64,000 bases of DNA from Escherichia coli (GTDB lineage: Bacteria; Pseudomonadota; Gammaproteobacteria; Enterobacterales; Enterobacteriaceae). The stretch lies in NCBI RefSeq assembly GCF_001677475.2, contig NZ_CP015229.1; one strand, written 5' to 3'. Below the pieces are notes generated by a model. It had not been told where the DNA came from. It did not search any database and saw only the letters and a program-made list of their open reading frames with translations. Positions 11,968 to 24,385 of the stretch are shown here, one piece after another. A program made the position numbers and the translations under genes. Within the stretch, counting starts at the first letter, position 1. Each line of letters opens with the position of its first letter.

Positions 11968-13020
11968 TTAAGCCTGCGGCTGAGTTACAACGTCTTTGAT
12001 GCCTTTAACTTCGATCTCTACGCGACGATCCGGAGCCAGGCAGTCGATCAGTGCAGCACGCTGTTTCACGTTGTCACAGGTGTTGCCAGTAACCGGGTTG
12101 GATTCGCCCATACCACGTGCGGAGATCTTGTCTGCCGGGATACCTTTGGAGATCAGGTAATCAACAACAGACTGAGCACGGCGCTCGGACAGACCCTGGT
12201 TGTAAGCGTCAGAACCGATGCGGTCAGTGTAACCCAGAACAACTACGGAACCGTCTTTCGGATCCAGGTTGCTCAGCTGGCTGTACAGCTGATCCAGAGC
12301 AGCCTGACCTTCCGGTTTCAGGGTTGCTTTGTTGAAGGTGAACAGAACGTCAGACTTCAGAGTGAAGTGCTTGGTCTGTACTTCCGGTGCCGGAGCTGGA
12401 GCCGGAGCAACTACTGGAGCTGCTTCGCCCTGACCGAAACGGTAGGAAACACCCAGGCTCAGCATGCCGTTGTCCGGACGAGTACCGATGGTGTGTGCGT
12501 CACCGATGTTGTTGGTCCACTGGTATTCCAGACGGGTAGCGATTTCAGGAGTGATCGCGTACTCAACACCGCCAGCGAAAACCGGAGAAACGCCGGTGTC
12601 GTGGTCTTTAAAAGATGCGCCACCAGGTACGTTAGCCTTGGTGTCTGCACGCCATACCATACCACCCAGACGAGTGTAGATGTCCAGATCGTCAGTGATT
12701 GGGTAACCCAGTTTAGCGGTCAGCTGAACGCCCTGAGCTTTGTATGCGCCGTTGATGTTGTCGCCTTTGTACGGCATACGACCTAACCAGTCGTAACCCA
12801 TTTCAAAGCCAACATACGGGTTAACCTGGTAACCACCAAAAGCACCTGCACCCAGTTGGTTTTCGTGGGTCGGACCATTGTTAGGAATAAAACCAGTGTC
12901 ATGGTACTGGGACCAGCCCAGTTTAGCACCAGTGTACCAGGTGTTATCTTTCGGAGCGGCCTGCGCTACGGTAGCGAAACCAGCCAGTGCCACTGCAATC
13001 GCGATAGCTGTCTTTTTCAT
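11968..13020 (-). CDS. ompA: outer membrane protein A (variant loop allele)
   Basis: Start set at [21 protein letters not shown], giving 350 aa. The barrel and OmpA-C domains are clear. Loops 1-3 differ from my recollection of the K-12 allele. Confidence 0.95.
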   Translation of the reverse strand: MKKTAIAIAVALAGFATVAQAAPKDNTWYTGAKLGWSQYHDTGFIPNNGPTHENQLGAGAFGGYQVNPYVGFEMGYDWLGRMPYKGDNINGAYKAQGVQLTAKLGYPITDDLDIYTRLGGMVWRADTKANVPGGASFKDHDTGVSPVFAGGVEYAITPEIATRLEYQWTNNIGDAHTIGTRPDNGMLSLGVSYRFGQGEAAPVVAPAPAPAPEVQTKHFTLKSDVLFTFNKATLKPEGQAALDQLYSQLSNLDPKDGSVVVLGYTDRIGSDAYNQGLSERRAQSVVDYLISKGIPADKISARGMGESNPVTGNTCDNVKQRAALIDCLAPDRRVEIEVKGIKDVVTQPQA

Positions 13021-13376
13021 TTTTTGCGCCTCGTTATCATCCAAAATACGCCATGAATATCTCCAACGAGATAACACGGTTAAATCCTTCACCGGGGGAT
13101 CTGCTCAATATTAACTCTACCGATATCTTCGGCTTATGCCGAGCACCCCTGGCGATGTAAAGTCTACAACGTAGTTGAAAACTTACAAGTGTGAACTCCG
13201 TCAGGCATATGAAAAAAAAGTCTTGTATAAGGTACGTTTAATCTTTTTTGTCAGCGACAATTTACAGAAGAAAATCGCGGAAACCGCTTCAGACAAGCCT
13301 CTGCAAGGAAAATTAGTCACGACTGAAAGCATTGGCTGGGCGACAAAAAAAGTTCCAGGATTAATCCTAAATTTAC

Positions 13377-13886
13377 TTAATGATACAAATTAGAGTGAAT
13401 TTTTAGCCCGGAAAGTTGTCTCGTTGCGTGAGAGGATGCGCTTACCGGACGCATAATAAACCCCATAGCGTTACCTTCATTTGCCGCATCAACAAGTTCA
13501 GCATGCTCTTCTTCAGTCAAATCATCTGCCAACCAACCGATCACCACACTGTAATTGCCCGTGCGTAAAGCGCGAACCATTGACTCCACGGTGTGGCAAG
13601 GGGAGAGCTGGTTAATCTGCATTACTTTCGTTAAGGGTAGCCCAGATGCCTGAACCCATTCCCGACTCAGTTTTTGTTGCGGTGTTAACCAGAGTTGCCA
13701 GCGCGATTGCTGACCGAGTTGCTGTAACAATGGCAACAGTAGAAGTTGCGTCATCATGGGCTGATCTTCGCGATAGACAACTTCACTGATAAGCCCGGCT
13801 GTAGTGTTTTCCGTAGAGACACGCGCAATTTTACTTGCTGCGGATGAGAACGACGAAGAACGATGTGCATAGCCTGAAGTGTACAT
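13377..13886 (-). CDS. sulA: SOS cell-division inhibitor SulA
   Basis: 169 aa from [15 protein letters not shown]. Confidence 0.93.
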   Translation of the reverse strand: MYTSGYAHRSSSFSSAASKIARVSTENTTAGLISEVVYREDQPMMTQLLLLPLLQQLGQQSRWQLWLTPQQKLSREWVQASGLPLTKVMQINQLSPCHTVESMVRALRTGNYSVVIGWLADDLTEEEHAELVDAANEGNAMGFIMRPVSASSHATRQLSGLKIHSNLYH

Positions 13887-13908
13887 AATCAATCCAGCCC
13901 CTGTGAGT

Positions 13909-13928
13909 TACTGTATGGATGTACAGTA
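13909..13928. promoter_or_regulatory. LexA box of sulA
   Basis: TACTGTATGGATGTACAGTA fits the CTG-N10-CAG SOS box, 23 nt upstream of the sulA start. Confidence 0.85.
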
Positions 13929-14104
13929 CATCCAGTGACGACAAAGATCAACCCTATTTTCGGAAAGAGCCTCGCAAATTTTGTCGTTGGTGACGGGAAA
14001 ACATAAATTAATCTTGCCCCTTAAGAATAAGTTGCCTATTTTCGTAGTTAACGGATCCGTTAATGTGAATCATTCTTTTACGTTATGATTTTAAAAGGAA
14101 TTTT

Positions 14105-14734
14105 ATGAAAAGCCTCTCCTATAAGCGGATCTATAAATCACAAGAATACCTGGCAACGTTGGGCACAATTGAATACCGATCATTGTTTGGTAGTTACAGC
14201 CTGACCGTTGACGACACGGTGTTTGCGATGGTTTCTGATGGTGAGTTGTATCTTCGGGCTTGTGAGCAAAGTGCACAGTACTGTGTAAAACATCCGCCTG
14301 TCTGGCTGACATATAAAAAGTGTGGCCGATCCGTTACCCTCAATTACTATCGGGTTGATGAAAGTCTATGGCGAAATCAACTGAAGCTGGTGCGTCTGTC
14401 GAAATATTCTCTCGATGCTGCGCTGAAAGAGAAAAGCACGCGCAATACCCGGGAAAGACTGAAAGATTTGCCCAATATGTCTTTTCATCTGGAAGCGATT
14501 CTCGGGGAGGTGGGGATTAAGGATGTACGGGCGTTACGTATACTTGGGGCAAAAATGTGTTGGTTGCGACTGCGGCAGCAAAACAGTCTGGTGACAGAAA
14601 AGATTCTGTTTATGCTTGAAGGGGCCATTATCGGCATTCATGAAGCTGCGCTCCCGGTGGCACGCCGCCAGGAGCTTGCAGAATGGGCTGACTCTCTTAC
14701 GCCGAAACAGGAGTTTCCTGCGGAACTTGAGTAA
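14105..14734 (+). CDS. sxy: competence regulator Sxy/TfoX
   Basis: 209 aa starting MKSLSYKRIYKSQEYLATLG. Confidence 0.92.
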   Translation: MKSLSYKRIYKSQEYLATLGTIEYRSLFGSYSLTVDDTVFAMVSDGELYLRACEQSAQYCVKHPPVWLTYKKCGRSVTLNYYRVDESLWRNQLKLVRLSKYSLDAALKEKSTRNTRERLKDLPNMSFHLEAILGEVGIKDVRALRILGAKMCWLRLRQQNSLVTEKILFMLEGAIIGIHEAALPVARRQELAEWADSLTPKQEFPAELE

Positions 14735-16850
14735 TCTGGCGTTGCAGACGACCAATCTCTGGCAGTAATGCAATCAATAACCCAACTTGTTGTACGACCA
14801 GAGGTTCTTTGCTGTCTGCCCGTGGTTCAAGTTGCTGCATCCGCTGTTTCAGGCCAGCTAATGCCTGATTGACGCGTTCTTCATCAGCAGGTTGATGATG
14901 TAACGCGTCATCAACATAGCAAACTGCGTCATCAAGAAACGCCAGAATTTCAGGATTAGTTAACTGCTCCCGGTGAGCACCGAGGGCTGAGATATAGCTG
15001 GTAAACGTATGGTTAAGGCACAGCAACCGAAACGCGGCCTCACTAATTTGCGGGGTAACGTTCGGCTCGCTGGACATATTTGATACCACCGACGCCAGTT
15101 CAGCATCACGGTTGTGTGCATCGCGGCGGGCAATACGATACGCCAGACGGTTATCACGCCCCTGATGGTATTGCTCCAGTATGGCATCGAGATAGCGACA
15201 GTTGGCCTCGGTGGCGCGTTCGAGCATGCGCGGCAGATTGCGAAACTTCCAGTCAGGCCAGATGTAGCTCACCGCCGCCCACGCAATGGCACAACCAATC
15301 AGCGTATCGATTACGCGAGGTAACGCCACTTCAAAACCTTCACCCAGCAAGTTAAAACAAAGTAGCACCAAAAGTGTGATGAACATCGTTGCATGGGCAT
15401 ATTGCACGTTACGGAAGGCAAAAAAGAGCACGCCGGTAATAACCAGTAGCACCAGCTGCCCTTCCAGTGACGGCACAAACCACAGCACAGGAATGCCAAT
15501 GGCGATACCTACCAGCGTCCCAATAATCCTTAACTTCAGGCGGTGGCGAGTGGCGTTATAGTTTGGCTGGCAGACAAACAAACTTGTCAGCAAGATCCAA
15601 TACCCGTGATGCATTCCGGTTATCTGAATGATGGCGTAGCCGAAGCACAACACCAGCGACATTCTTACCGCATGACGGAAGAGGGCGGATTCCGGCGTGA
15701 AGTGACGGCTAAGACGCAGCCAGATATCACTCAATCCGTGCGGGCTGTCATCAGCGAGCTCATTTTCGTCATTATTATGGGGCAGTGCCTGGGCCTGTTC
15801 TGATTCAATTGTTGCCAGTTGGGCATCAATAGCGCGTAAATTGTTCAGCAAAAATCCCAGTGTTTTGAGTAAATCGGCAGGCGCGCCGTTATCGCGCATC
15901 CGCTCCAGCGCAGCATCAATATGCGTAAAAGCGCGCTCAAAATGCGGATCATGTTGATAAGGCTGGCGCAGCAAAATACAGCGTGACAGTTGCTGGCACG
16001 CCTGGCCCTGCATCGACATCAGCCGCTGAAAACGGAACAGCACGTCGCTGTGGCGAAAATGTTCACGCAATGTTTGATACTGAATATGAGAAGAGCTGGC
16101 ACGCTCGTGAATATCCTGCGCGACGAAGTAATAATGCAGCGTGCGACGCGTTCCCCGTTGACCACGATCGCCACGTAAGCGGGTCAGCAGCGAGAGTTTC
16201 GTCTGATTCAATGTCGCCATCAGCTGACCGTTGGCGAGAGCCAAATCGTACAGCGGTGCCTGGCTTTCATCTTCAATATCAGGATCAAACATGCGCGACT
16301 TGAGCTCAAGATAACGCGCCAGTTGTTCATAGCAACGCGCCAGGTTGTCCTGCAGCGGGCGGACCGGGAACAGCAGATGACCAATAAGTGTCAGGACGTT
16401 GTACCAGACGGCACCGGCCAGCAGATACATCGGCTGCTGATACCAGTGCTCATACAGTGATGTTCCCAACATAGTGTAAATGGCGATCAGCAATGCACCG
16501 AAGGCAATTGTTGCATAGCGTTGACCCAGACCGCCGAGCAAAATGAAGCCGCTGGTAGAGAGCGTTAAGCCAATCGCAAATAGCCAGGGCCAGGGAAACA
16601 GCAATTCTACTGAGGCCGAGGCGATAAAAAAGCAGAACAGCGTAATGATGAGGTTACGCAAACGTCCCGCCAGTCGGTCATCGAGATCGGTCAGCGCCGC
16701 TGCCACCATCCCCAGCGTTAGCGGAATCGTCAGTTTTACATCACCCAGCCACCACGGAAACGCTGTGGTTCCACAAAGCGCAATAAAAATACGCGCGTAA
16801 TACAGCCAGGCGCTGTTCCAGGTATAGCGTTTGAGCAAAGGACTTAGCAT
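14697..16850 (-). CDS. yccS: inner membrane protein YccS
   Basis: The ORF extends to 16859. The start is chosen at MLSPLLKRYTWNS (717 aa). The start is ambiguous by 3 codons. Confidence 0.88.
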   Translation of the reverse strand: MLSPLLKRYTWNSAWLYYARIFIALCGTTAFPWWLGDVKLTIPLTLGMVAAALTDLDDRLAGRLRNLIITLFCFFIASASVELLFPWPWLFAIGLTLSTSGFILLGGLGQRYATIAFGALLIAIYTMLGTSLYEHWYQQPMYLLAGAVWYNVLTLIGHLLFPVRPLQDNLARCYEQLARYLELKSRMFDPDIEDESQAPLYDLALANGQLMATLNQTKLSLLTRLRGDRGQRGTRRTLHYYFVAQDIHERASSSHIQYQTLREHFRHSDVLFRFQRLMSMQGQACQQLSRCILLRQPYQHDPHFERAFTHIDAALERMRDNGAPADLLKTLGFLLNNLRAIDAQLATIESEQAQALPHNNDENELADDSPHGLSDIWLRLSRHFTPESALFRHAVRMSLVLCFGYAIIQITGMHHGYWILLTSLFVCQPNYNATRHRLKLRIIGTLVGIAIGIPVLWFVPSLEGQLVLLVITGVLFFAFRNVQYAHATMFITLLVLLCFNLLGEGFEVALPRVIDTLIGCAIAWAAVSYIWPDWKFRNLPRMLERATEANCRYLDAILEQYHQGRDNRLAYRIARRDAHNRDAELASVVSNMSSEPNVTPQISEAAFRLLCLNHTFTSYISALGAHREQLTNPEILAFLDDAVCYVDDALHHQPADEERVNQALAGLKQRMQQLEPRADSKEPLVVQQVGLLIALLPEIGRLQRQITQVPQETPVSA

Positions 16851-16868
16851 AAAGGCCATATTAGTGGA

Positions 16869-17315
16869 TTATTGGAAACGACGACGTGCATTGGCTTCAC
16901 GCGCAGCTTGCGCTGTTTCTACCGATACCACGCGACGACCAACCGGCCATAGTGCAATAGCGGCAATTTTAAAGTTCGCAATGCCGACAGGAATGCCAAT
17001 GATTGAAATACATTGTGCGATGCCCGTTGCAATGTGCATCAGGCATAACCACCAGCCAAAGAAAATCAGCCAGAAAATATTCAATACCGTACCGCCAGTA
17101 TTTAGCAGCACATTTTTGCCAGCCGGGTTCAGTTCATCGACATGAATAGCTTCATTGCCATAAGGCACCAGAGACAGTTTAGTGATCTCCCAGCAGGATC
17201 GTGTCAGCGGTAAGGTAAAAATCAGCACAATACTGACCAGAGTCGCCAACAGCCAGCCCAGAGTGGTGGCAAATCCGCCAAGCACAAAGTTCAGAATGTT
17301 CAAAACGGTACGCAT
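16869..17315 (-). CDS. yccF: inner membrane protein YccF
   Basis: 148 aa and hydrophobic. Synteny matches K-12. Confidence 0.9.
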   Translation of the reverse strand: MRTVLNILNFVLGGFATTLGWLLATLVSIVLIFTLPLTRSCWEITKLSLVPYGNEAIHVDELNPAGKNVLLNTGGTVLNIFWLIFFGWWLCLMHIATGIAQCISIIGIPVGIANFKIAAIALWPVGRRVVSVETAQAAREANARRRFQ

Positions 17316-17437
17316 AAAACCTCGCTTTACTGTGGTTTTCAGTAATGGGCGGCAATTGTAACGTTTTTTTGGGCTGGAGCACGTTTTCTCTGACGGTTAC
17401 ACTGATAAGAAATCATTTCGTGTGGATCTACAGAGTC

Positions 17438-19492
17438 ATGGAACTGAAAGCGACAACGCTTGGAAAACGTCTGGCACAGCACCCTTACGATCGGGCGGTG
17501 ATCCTCAATGCCGGGATTAAAGTCTCCGGCGATCGCCACGAATACCTTATTCCTTTCAATCAATTACTGGCGATTCACTGTAAGCGCGGTCTGGTATGGG
17601 GCGAGCTGGAATTTGTACTGCCGGGCGAAAAAGTGGTGCGTCTGCACGGTACCGAATGGGGCGAGACGCAGCGTTTTTACCATCATCTTGATGCTCACTG
17701 GCGGCGGTGGAGTAGCGAGATGAGCGAAATTGCATCTGGTGTTTTACAGCAGCAACTGGATTTAATTGCCACGCGCACCGGAGAAAATAAATGGCTGACG
17801 CGTGAGCAAACCTCTGGCGTGCAGCAACAAATCCGCCAGGCTTTGTCGGCGTTGCCGTTGCCGGTTAACCGACTGGAAGAATTCGATAACTGCCGTGAGG
17901 CGTGGCGTAAATGTCAGGCCTGGTTGAAAGATATTGAAAGCGCTCGGTTGCAGCATAATCAGGCGTATACCGAAGCCATGCTTACCGAGTATGCGGATTT
18001 TTTCCGCCAGGTCGAGTCTTCACCGCTGAATCCGGCGCAGGCCCGGGCAGTCGTTAATGGCGAGCATTCTTTGTTAGTGCTGGCTGGTGCAGGAAGCGGA
18101 AAAACGTCGGTGCTGGTGGCCCGTGCAGGCTGGTTGCTGGCGCGTGGTGAAGCGTCCCCTGAGCAAATTTTATTGCTGGCGTTTGGTCGCAAAGCCGCTG
18201 AAGAGATGGACGAGCGTATTCGCGAACGGCTACATACCGAAGACATTACCGCACGCACGTTTCATGCGCTGGCGCTGCATATTATTCAGCAGGGCAGCAA
18301 AAAAGTTCCGATAGTCAGCAAACTGGAAAATGATACCGCTGCCCGTCATGAACTCTTTATTGCTGAGTGGCGCAAGCAATGCAGCGAAAAGAAAGCGCAG
18401 GCGAAGGGCTGGCGGCAATGGCTGACGGAAGAAATGCAGTGGTCAGTGCCAGAAGGTAACTTCTGGGATGATGAAAAATTACAGCGTCGTCTTGCCTCAC
18501 GCCTCGATCGTTGGGTAAGTCTGATGCGGATGCACGGTGGTGCACAGGCAGAAATGATTGCCAGTGCACCCGAAGAGATTCGCGATCTGTTCAGTAAACG
18601 TATCAAGTTGATGGCTCCGTTATTAAAAGCCTGGAAAGGTGCGCTGAAGGCAGAAAACGCTGTCGATTTTTCGGGCCTTATTCACCAGGCGATTGTGATT
18701 CTGGAGAAAGGTCGCTTTATCAGCCCGTGGAAGCATATTCTGGTTGATGAATTTCAGGATATCTCGCCGCAGCGCGCAGCGTTGTTAGCGGCATTACGCA
18801 AGCAAAATAGTCAAACGACGTTGTTCGCTGTTGGTGATGACTGGCAGGCGATTTACCGTTTCAGCGGTGCGCAAATGTCGCTCACCACCGCTTTCCATGA
18901 AAACTTTGGTGAAGGCGATCGCTGTGATTTAGACACGACTTACCGTTTTAACAGTCGTATCGGTGAGGTGGCAAACCGTTTTATTCAGCAGAACCCAGGC
19001 CAGCTGAAAAAGCCGCTAAACAGCTTAACCAATGGAGACAAAAAAGCCGTCACGTTATTGGATGAGAGTCAACTTGACGCTTTGCTGGATAAGCTCTCTG
19101 GTTATGCCAAACCGGAAGAGCGCATTCTGATCCTGGCGCGTTATCATCACATGAGGCCTGCCAGCCTGGAAAAAGCGGCAACACGCTGGCCGAAGTTGCA
19201 AATCGACTTTATGACCATTCATGCCAGCAAAGGGCAACAGGCGGATTACGTCATCATCGTTGGCTTGCAGGAGGGGAGTGATGGTTTTCCGGCTGCGGCG
19301 CGGGAGTCGATTATGGAAGAGGCGCTACTACCCCCGGTTGAGGATTTCCCGGACGCTGAAGAACGGCGGTTAATGTACGTGGCGCTGACCCGGGCACGCC
19401 ATCGGGTATGGGCATTATTTAACAAAGAGAATCCCTCTCCCTTTGTCGAAATACTGAAAAATCTGGATGTGCCGGTGGCGAGAAAACCGTAG
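17438..19492 (+). CDS. helD: DNA helicase IV
   Basis: Start set at MELKATTLGKRLAQ (684 aa). It has the UvrD-type Walker A motif AGAGSGKTS. Confidence 0.93.
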   Translation: MELKATTLGKRLAQHPYDRAVILNAGIKVSGDRHEYLIPFNQLLAIHCKRGLVWGELEFVLPGEKVVRLHGTEWGETQRFYHHLDAHWRRWSSEMSEIASGVLQQQLDLIATRTGENKWLTREQTSGVQQQIRQALSALPLPVNRLEEFDNCREAWRKCQAWLKDIESARLQHNQAYTEAMLTEYADFFRQVESSPLNPAQARAVVNGEHSLLVLAGAGSGKTSVLVARAGWLLARGEASPEQILLLAFGRKAAEEMDERIRERLHTEDITARTFHALALHIIQQGSKKVPIVSKLENDTAARHELFIAEWRKQCSEKKAQAKGWRQWLTEEMQWSVPEGNFWDDEKLQRRLASRLDRWVSLMRMHGGAQAEMIASAPEEIRDLFSKRIKLMAPLLKAWKGALKAENAVDFSGLIHQAIVILEKGRFISPWKHILVDEFQDISPQRAALLAALRKQNSQTTLFAVGDDWQAIYRFSGAQMSLTTAFHENFGEGDRCDLDTTYRFNSRIGEVANRFIQQNPGQLKKPLNSLTNGDKKAVTLLDESQLDALLDKLSGYAKPEERILILARYHHMRPASLEKAATRWPKLQIDFMTIHASKGQQADYVIIVGLQEGSDGFPAAARESIMEEALLPPVEDFPDAEERRLMYVALTRARHRVWALFNKENPSPFVEILKNLDVPVARKP

Positions 19493-19495
19493 GAA

Positions 19496-19517
19496 ACAGG
19501 TGGCGTTTGCCACCTGT
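19496..19517. terminator. hairpin between convergent helD and mgsA
   Basis: ACAGGTGGC-GTTT-GCCACCTGT perfect stem. Confidence 0.6.
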
Positions 19518-19523
19518 GCAATA

Positions 19524-19982
19524 TTACTTCAGACGGTCCGCGAGATAACGTTGATAATCGGGGATCAGAATATCGACCGCGTCGTTGAAATGCGGTGACT
19601 GGATAATGAAGTCTGCCGTTGCCACGTTGGTGGCGACCGGAATGTTCCATACCGTCGCCAGACGCAGCAAGGCTTTCACGTCAGGATCGTGCGGCACGGC
19701 ATTTAGTGGATCCCAGAAGAAAATCAATACATCAATTTTCCCTTCTGAGATCAATGCGCCAACCTGCTGGTCACCCCCCATTGGGCCACTCAACATCGCG
19801 TTGACGTTCATGCCGGTCGCGCGGGAAATTAAGTTACCGGTAGTGCCTGTTGCATACAGTACGTGTTGTTCCAGTAACGGTTGATGCCGTTCCACCCAGC
19901 TCATCAGCATTTGTTTGCAGTGATCGTGTGCCACCAGCGCAATATGTTTCCGCGCAGGTAAAGTGCGTGTCGTCAGTTCCAT
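19524..19982 (-). CDS. mgsA: methylglyoxal synthase
   Basis: 152 aa from [20 protein letters not shown]. Confidence 0.94.
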
Positions 19983-20077
19983 AATGTACATCCGTAGTTA
20001 ACTTTCCTACAGATTACTGTAAGCACTTATCGCTGCAAGATAAAGACCGAAAAAGCCTGCGCACAGGCACAAAAATC

Positions 20078-20740
20078 TCAGGAAGATGGTTGTTTTTCCG
20101 CCCATTGCAGAAAAGTATTTCGCGTTTGTGGGTCAGCCAGTTTAAACCAATACTTCAGCCGTTGTTCTGTGAGCACCTGAGACTGCGGTGGAATAGCATC
20201 CAGCTCGGAAACACCCGAAAGCAGCGTACTGTCATCTGCCATCATCGTGGCAAATTGCGGTAGTGAAGCGCGTTTCGCGGATTTGTTATAGCGTTCAACC
20301 TCGACCTCATAATCAATCGTTTTTGCCGTTGAGGTAATGGCGAGAATATCCAGCTTTACCGGAATCGGCGTCGCATCGCCATCCAACAATTCAAGGCGCG
20401 GCGCGGCATCAAAATGGTTAGCTTCCCGCTCATTCTCCAGGCGAGGCAGGCGAAAATTGACCTGGTTGATGAGCTGGGTATTAAAACTGACCACCAGCGG
20501 TGGGGAGATATACAGCCGTTCTTCACTATTGGAAAGATGAATCGTCTTCTCAACGCGAAACACTAACTGATGCGGTCCGTTATCCAGTTCAATGCTGTCC
20601 GCACCGCGCAGCAGAGAGCTGGAAACCTTCTTGCCGTCGAGTACCAGAAGATCGACATCGGTTGAAAGCCGCAGCGTGGTGGCAAAAACGGATACCGGCA
20701 AACATAATGCAATCAAGGTGGTCACGATGCCGGTTTTCAT
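20078..20740 (-). CDS. yccT: periplasmic protein YccT
   Basis: 220 aa with a signal peptide ([20 protein letters not shown]). Confidence 0.9.
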
Positions 20741-20912
20741 AGATAGCTCCTGTCAAAAGACCGCCCGAATAATAATGTGTCAAATTTTTTCTTTAATCAT
20801 ACTTACTAACATATAGACATATTTCCCGCTTTTGCTCTCATTCATTCGTATTAGCTGCATGGTTGGCATGTCGGCTTTGTCGTACACTTTGTTAAACAGT
20901 CTGGAGGAAATA

Positions 20913-21326
20913 ATGAAAGAAACCGATATTGCAGGCATTTTAACGTCCACTCACACCATTGCGCTGGTGGGGGCAAGCGACAAACCCGATCGTCCCAGCT
21001 ATCGCGTGATGAAATATCTACTCGACCAGGGGTATCACGTCATTCCGGTTTCACCAAAAGTTGCCGGCAAAACGCTGCTGGGCCAGCAGGGGTATGGCAC
21101 GCTGGCAGACGTTCCGGAAAAGGTCGATATGGTCGATGTTTTCCGTAATTCAGAAGCAGCGTGGGGCGTGGCGCAGGAAGCGATCGCCATAGGCGCGAAA
21201 ACCCTCTGGATGCAACTGGGGGTGATTAATGAGCAAGCGGCAGTACTGGCACGGGATGCCGGATTAAATGTGGTGATGGATCGCTGCCCGGCTATTGAGA
21301 TCCCTCGCCTGGGCCTGGCCAAATAA
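20913..21326 (+). CDS. yccU: CoA-binding protein YccU
   Basis: Start set at [12 protein letters not shown] (137 aa). Confidence 0.9.
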   Translation: MKETDIAGILTSTHTIALVGASDKPDRPSYRVMKYLLDQGYHVIPVSPKVAGKTLLGQQGYGTLADVPEKVDMVDVFRNSEAAWGVAQEAIAIGAKTLWMQLGVINEQAAVLARDAGLNVVMDRCPAIEIPRLGLAK

Positions 21327-21329
21327 AAA

Positions 21330-21359
21330 ATCCCCGGAAGGCTAAAACCTTCCGGGGAT
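21330..21359. terminator. bidirectional terminator yccU/hspQ
   Basis: ATCCCCGGAAGG...CCTTCCGGGGAT stem with flanking A and T runs. Confidence 0.8.
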
Positions 21360-21370
21360 TTGTTCAGGGA

Positions 21371-21745
<375 letters not shown>

Positions 21746-22936
21746 TTACATGACGCGACAGGCAAACCCTTTCAGATATAGCCCTTCCGGATAGGTAGCG
21801 ATCACCGGATGATCGGCTGCCTGACGGAACTGCTCTATAAATTGTACATCACGACCGGCATCAATTGCGGCATCCGCGATGATTTTCTGAAATAAATCGC
21901 TGGTCATCAGACCGGAACAGGAGAAAGTCAGGAGAATACCGCCTTCATTCAGCAGCTGAATCGCCAGCATGTTGATATCTTTATAACCACGACACGCGCC
22001 CATCAACTGGCTTTTATTCTCAACAAACTTCGGCGGGTCCATCACGATAACGTCAAATTTTTCACCGCGATCGCGATAGGTACGCAGCAATTTAAAGACA
22101 TCATCACGGACAAACTCAGCCTTGCTCAGATCCAGTTTGTTCAGCTCAACGTTCTGCCGTGCAATATCCAGGGCTTCCTGGGAGGTATCAACGCTGACAA
22201 CCTGGCTGCAACCGCCCATCAGTGCCGATACGGCGAAACCACCGGTATAGGAGAAACAGTTCAGTACGCGTTTATTTTCAACGTAGCGGCGGGTAGCCAG
22301 GCGGCTATCACGCTGATCCAGGTAGTAGCCCGTTTTGTGTCCGTGCTGAATATCCACCAGCAGCTTCATGCCGTGTTCTTCAATCGGCAGCAGGGCAGGC
22401 GGCAACTCGCCGGTGACGGGGCCCTGGGTCAGCTCCATCCCTTCTTTTTTACGTACCGCAACATCGCTGCGATCGTAAATCGCACATTCCGGGTACAGCG
22501 TTTGCAGGGCGCTAATTAATGCCGCGCGCTGATATTCTGCGCCAGCACTCAGTAGTTGCAGTACCAGAAAATTACCGAAACGATCGATAGTAATACCCGG
22601 CAGGCCATCAGATTCTCCGGCGATTAAACGATAGCTGTCGAGGCCATCTTTTTGTGCCAGCCAGTCACGCCATTTTTGCGCTTGTTGCAAACGGCGGGTA
22701 AAAAAAGCAATGTCGATAGACTCAGACGGGTCAAACGTCCAGACGCGCGCCCGGATTTGCGAAGCTGGCGAATAAGCGCCGCGTGCTAACCATTTTCCCT
22801 GATGATCAACAATATCGATGGTTTCACCGAGGCTGGCTTTACCTTCCATGCGGGCAACGGCCCCGGAAAAGACCCACGGATGGCGACGAAGTAATGATTT
22901 TTCGCGCCCTTTGGCTAACACTAAACGTACACTCAT
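21746..22936 (-). CDS. rlmI: 23S rRNA m5C1962 methyltransferase RlmI
   Basis: 396 aa starting [23 protein letters not shown]. Confidence 0.94.
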   Translation of the reverse strand: MSVRLVLAKGREKSLLRRHPWVFSGAVARMEGKASLGETIDIVDHQGKWLARGAYSPASQIRARVWTFDPSESIDIAFFTRRLQQAQKWRDWLAQKDGLDSYRLIAGESDGLPGITIDRFGNFLVLQLLSAGAEYQRAALISALQTLYPECAIYDRSDVAVRKKEGMELTQGPVTGELPPALLPIEEHGMKLLVDIQHGHKTGYYLDQRDSRLATRRYVENKRVLNCFSYTGGFAVSALMGGCSQVVSVDTSQEALDIARQNVELNKLDLSKAEFVRDDVFKLLRTYRDRGEKFDVIVMDPPKFVENKSQLMGACRGYKDINMLAIQLLNEGGILLTFSCSGLMTSDLFQKIIADAAIDAGRDVQFIEQFRQAADHPVIATYPEGLYLKGFACRVM

Positions 22937-23030
22937 AATTTACTTTTCTGTCGATGCAAAGAAATGGGCGTCATTGTCCGGAGTTTTCCATGGATTTGCA
23001 ACGCGTCCATTAAGGATAAGGAGAGCAGCA

Positions 23031-23309
23031 ATGTCGAAAGTCTGCATAATTGCCTGGGTTTACGGGCGAGTTCAGGGCGTAGGATTTCGCTACACCACGC
23101 AGTACGAAGCGAAAAAACTGGGCTTAACCGGGTATGCCAAAAATCTTGACGATGGCAGCGTGGAAGTGGTTGCCAGCGGTGAAGAAGGGCAGGTGGAAAA
23201 ATTAATGCAGTGGTTAAAAAGTGGCGGCCCGCGTTCTGCGCGTGTAGAACGGGTGCTTAGCGAGCCGCATCATCCCTCGGGGGAATTAACCGATTTTCGT
23301 ATCCGTTAA
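23031..23309 (+). CDS. yccX: acylphosphatase YccX
   Basis: 92 aa from [21 protein letters not shown]. Confidence 0.92.
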
Positions 23310-23635
23310 ATACATTTTACCGGTTTAGGCAGGCCAGCAATTTTGGTGGCTTGCTTTGCCGGACCTTTCGGAAACAGTCGGTATAAATAGCGGCTGTTAC
23401 CTTTTTCTTCGCCAAATTTATTCGCCATCGCTTTTACCAGCATACGAATCGCCGGAGAAGTATTGAATTCCAGATAGAAATCACGCACAAAACGCACCAC
23501 TTCCCAGTGTTCTGGCGACAGCGAAATCCCTTCGTTCTCTGCAATCACCACTGCCAGCGGCTCACTCCACTGGCTGCTTTCTTTGAGATAGCCTTCGGTA
23601 TCCGTTTCTATCTCTTTACCTTCGAAGATCAGCAT
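23306..23635 (-). CDS. tusE: sulfur relay protein TusE (YccK)
   Basis: 109 aa from [17 protein letters not shown]. Confidence 0.92.
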
Positions 23636-23725
23636 AATTATTACTACCTTAATCAGACTGGCGGCAGTGTAACAAAAAACAAAGCCCCGCATAAAGCGAG
23701 GCTCGGTAAGTAACCCTGGGCGAGA

Positions 23726-24385
23726 TTAATCGCGGCTGGCGAAGCCCAGAATGCTCAGCAGGCTGACGAAGATGTTGTACAGCGAAACATACAGGCTAAC
23801 CGTGGCACGAATATAGTTCGTTTCACCGCCATGAATGATGTTGCTGGTTTCAAACAAAATAGCGCCAGAGGAGATCAGAATGAAGACCGCGCTGATCGCC
23901 AGATGCAGAGCAGGCAGTTGCAGGAAGATATTCGCAACCATACCAATCAGCACCACCACAATACCCGCCATCAGCATACCGCCGAGGAACGACATATCTT
24001 TGCGGGTGGTCAGCACATATGCAGAGCAGCAGAAGAACACTAACGCCGTTCCGCCCAGTGCCATCGCGATTACGTCACCCATTCCGGCAGACAGATAGGT
24101 ATTCAGAATTGGTCCGAGGATATAACCCAGAAAACCGGTAAAGGCGAATGCGGAGATAATCCCGGTCGGCTTATTCGCCGTTTTATAGGTCAGGAACATC
24201 AAACCATACATACCCACCAGCGTCAGAATCAGACCCGGAGATGGCAGCATCAGCACCGTACTGGCAGTTGCGGTAATCGCCGAAAAGGCCAGCGTCAGGC
24301 TCAGCAGAAAATAGGTATTACGCAGCACCTTATGGGTGCTAAGCAGTGATGTACGGTCATGTGAAGAACTAACAATACGATCCAT
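23726..24385 (-). CDS. yccA: BAX-inhibitor family membrane protein YccA
   Basis: 219 aa, polytopic. Confidence 0.93.
   Translation of the reverse strand: MDRIVSSSHDRTSLLSTHKVLRNTYFLLSLTLAFSAITATASTVLMLPSPGLILTLVGMYGLMFLTYKTANKPTGIISAFAFTGFLGYILGPILNTYLSAGMGDVIAMALGGTALVFFCCSAYVLTTRKDMSFLGGMLMAGIVVVLIGMVANIFLQLPALHLAISAVFILISSGAILFETSNIIHGGETNYIRATVSLYVSLYNIFVSLLSILGFASRD

Noticed and set aside
13175-13393. A 72-aa plus-strand ORF between ompA and sulA.
   Set aside because: It lies in the ompA/sulA intergenic region and overlaps the sulA 3' end. It has no RBS and is not a known gene at this conserved locus.
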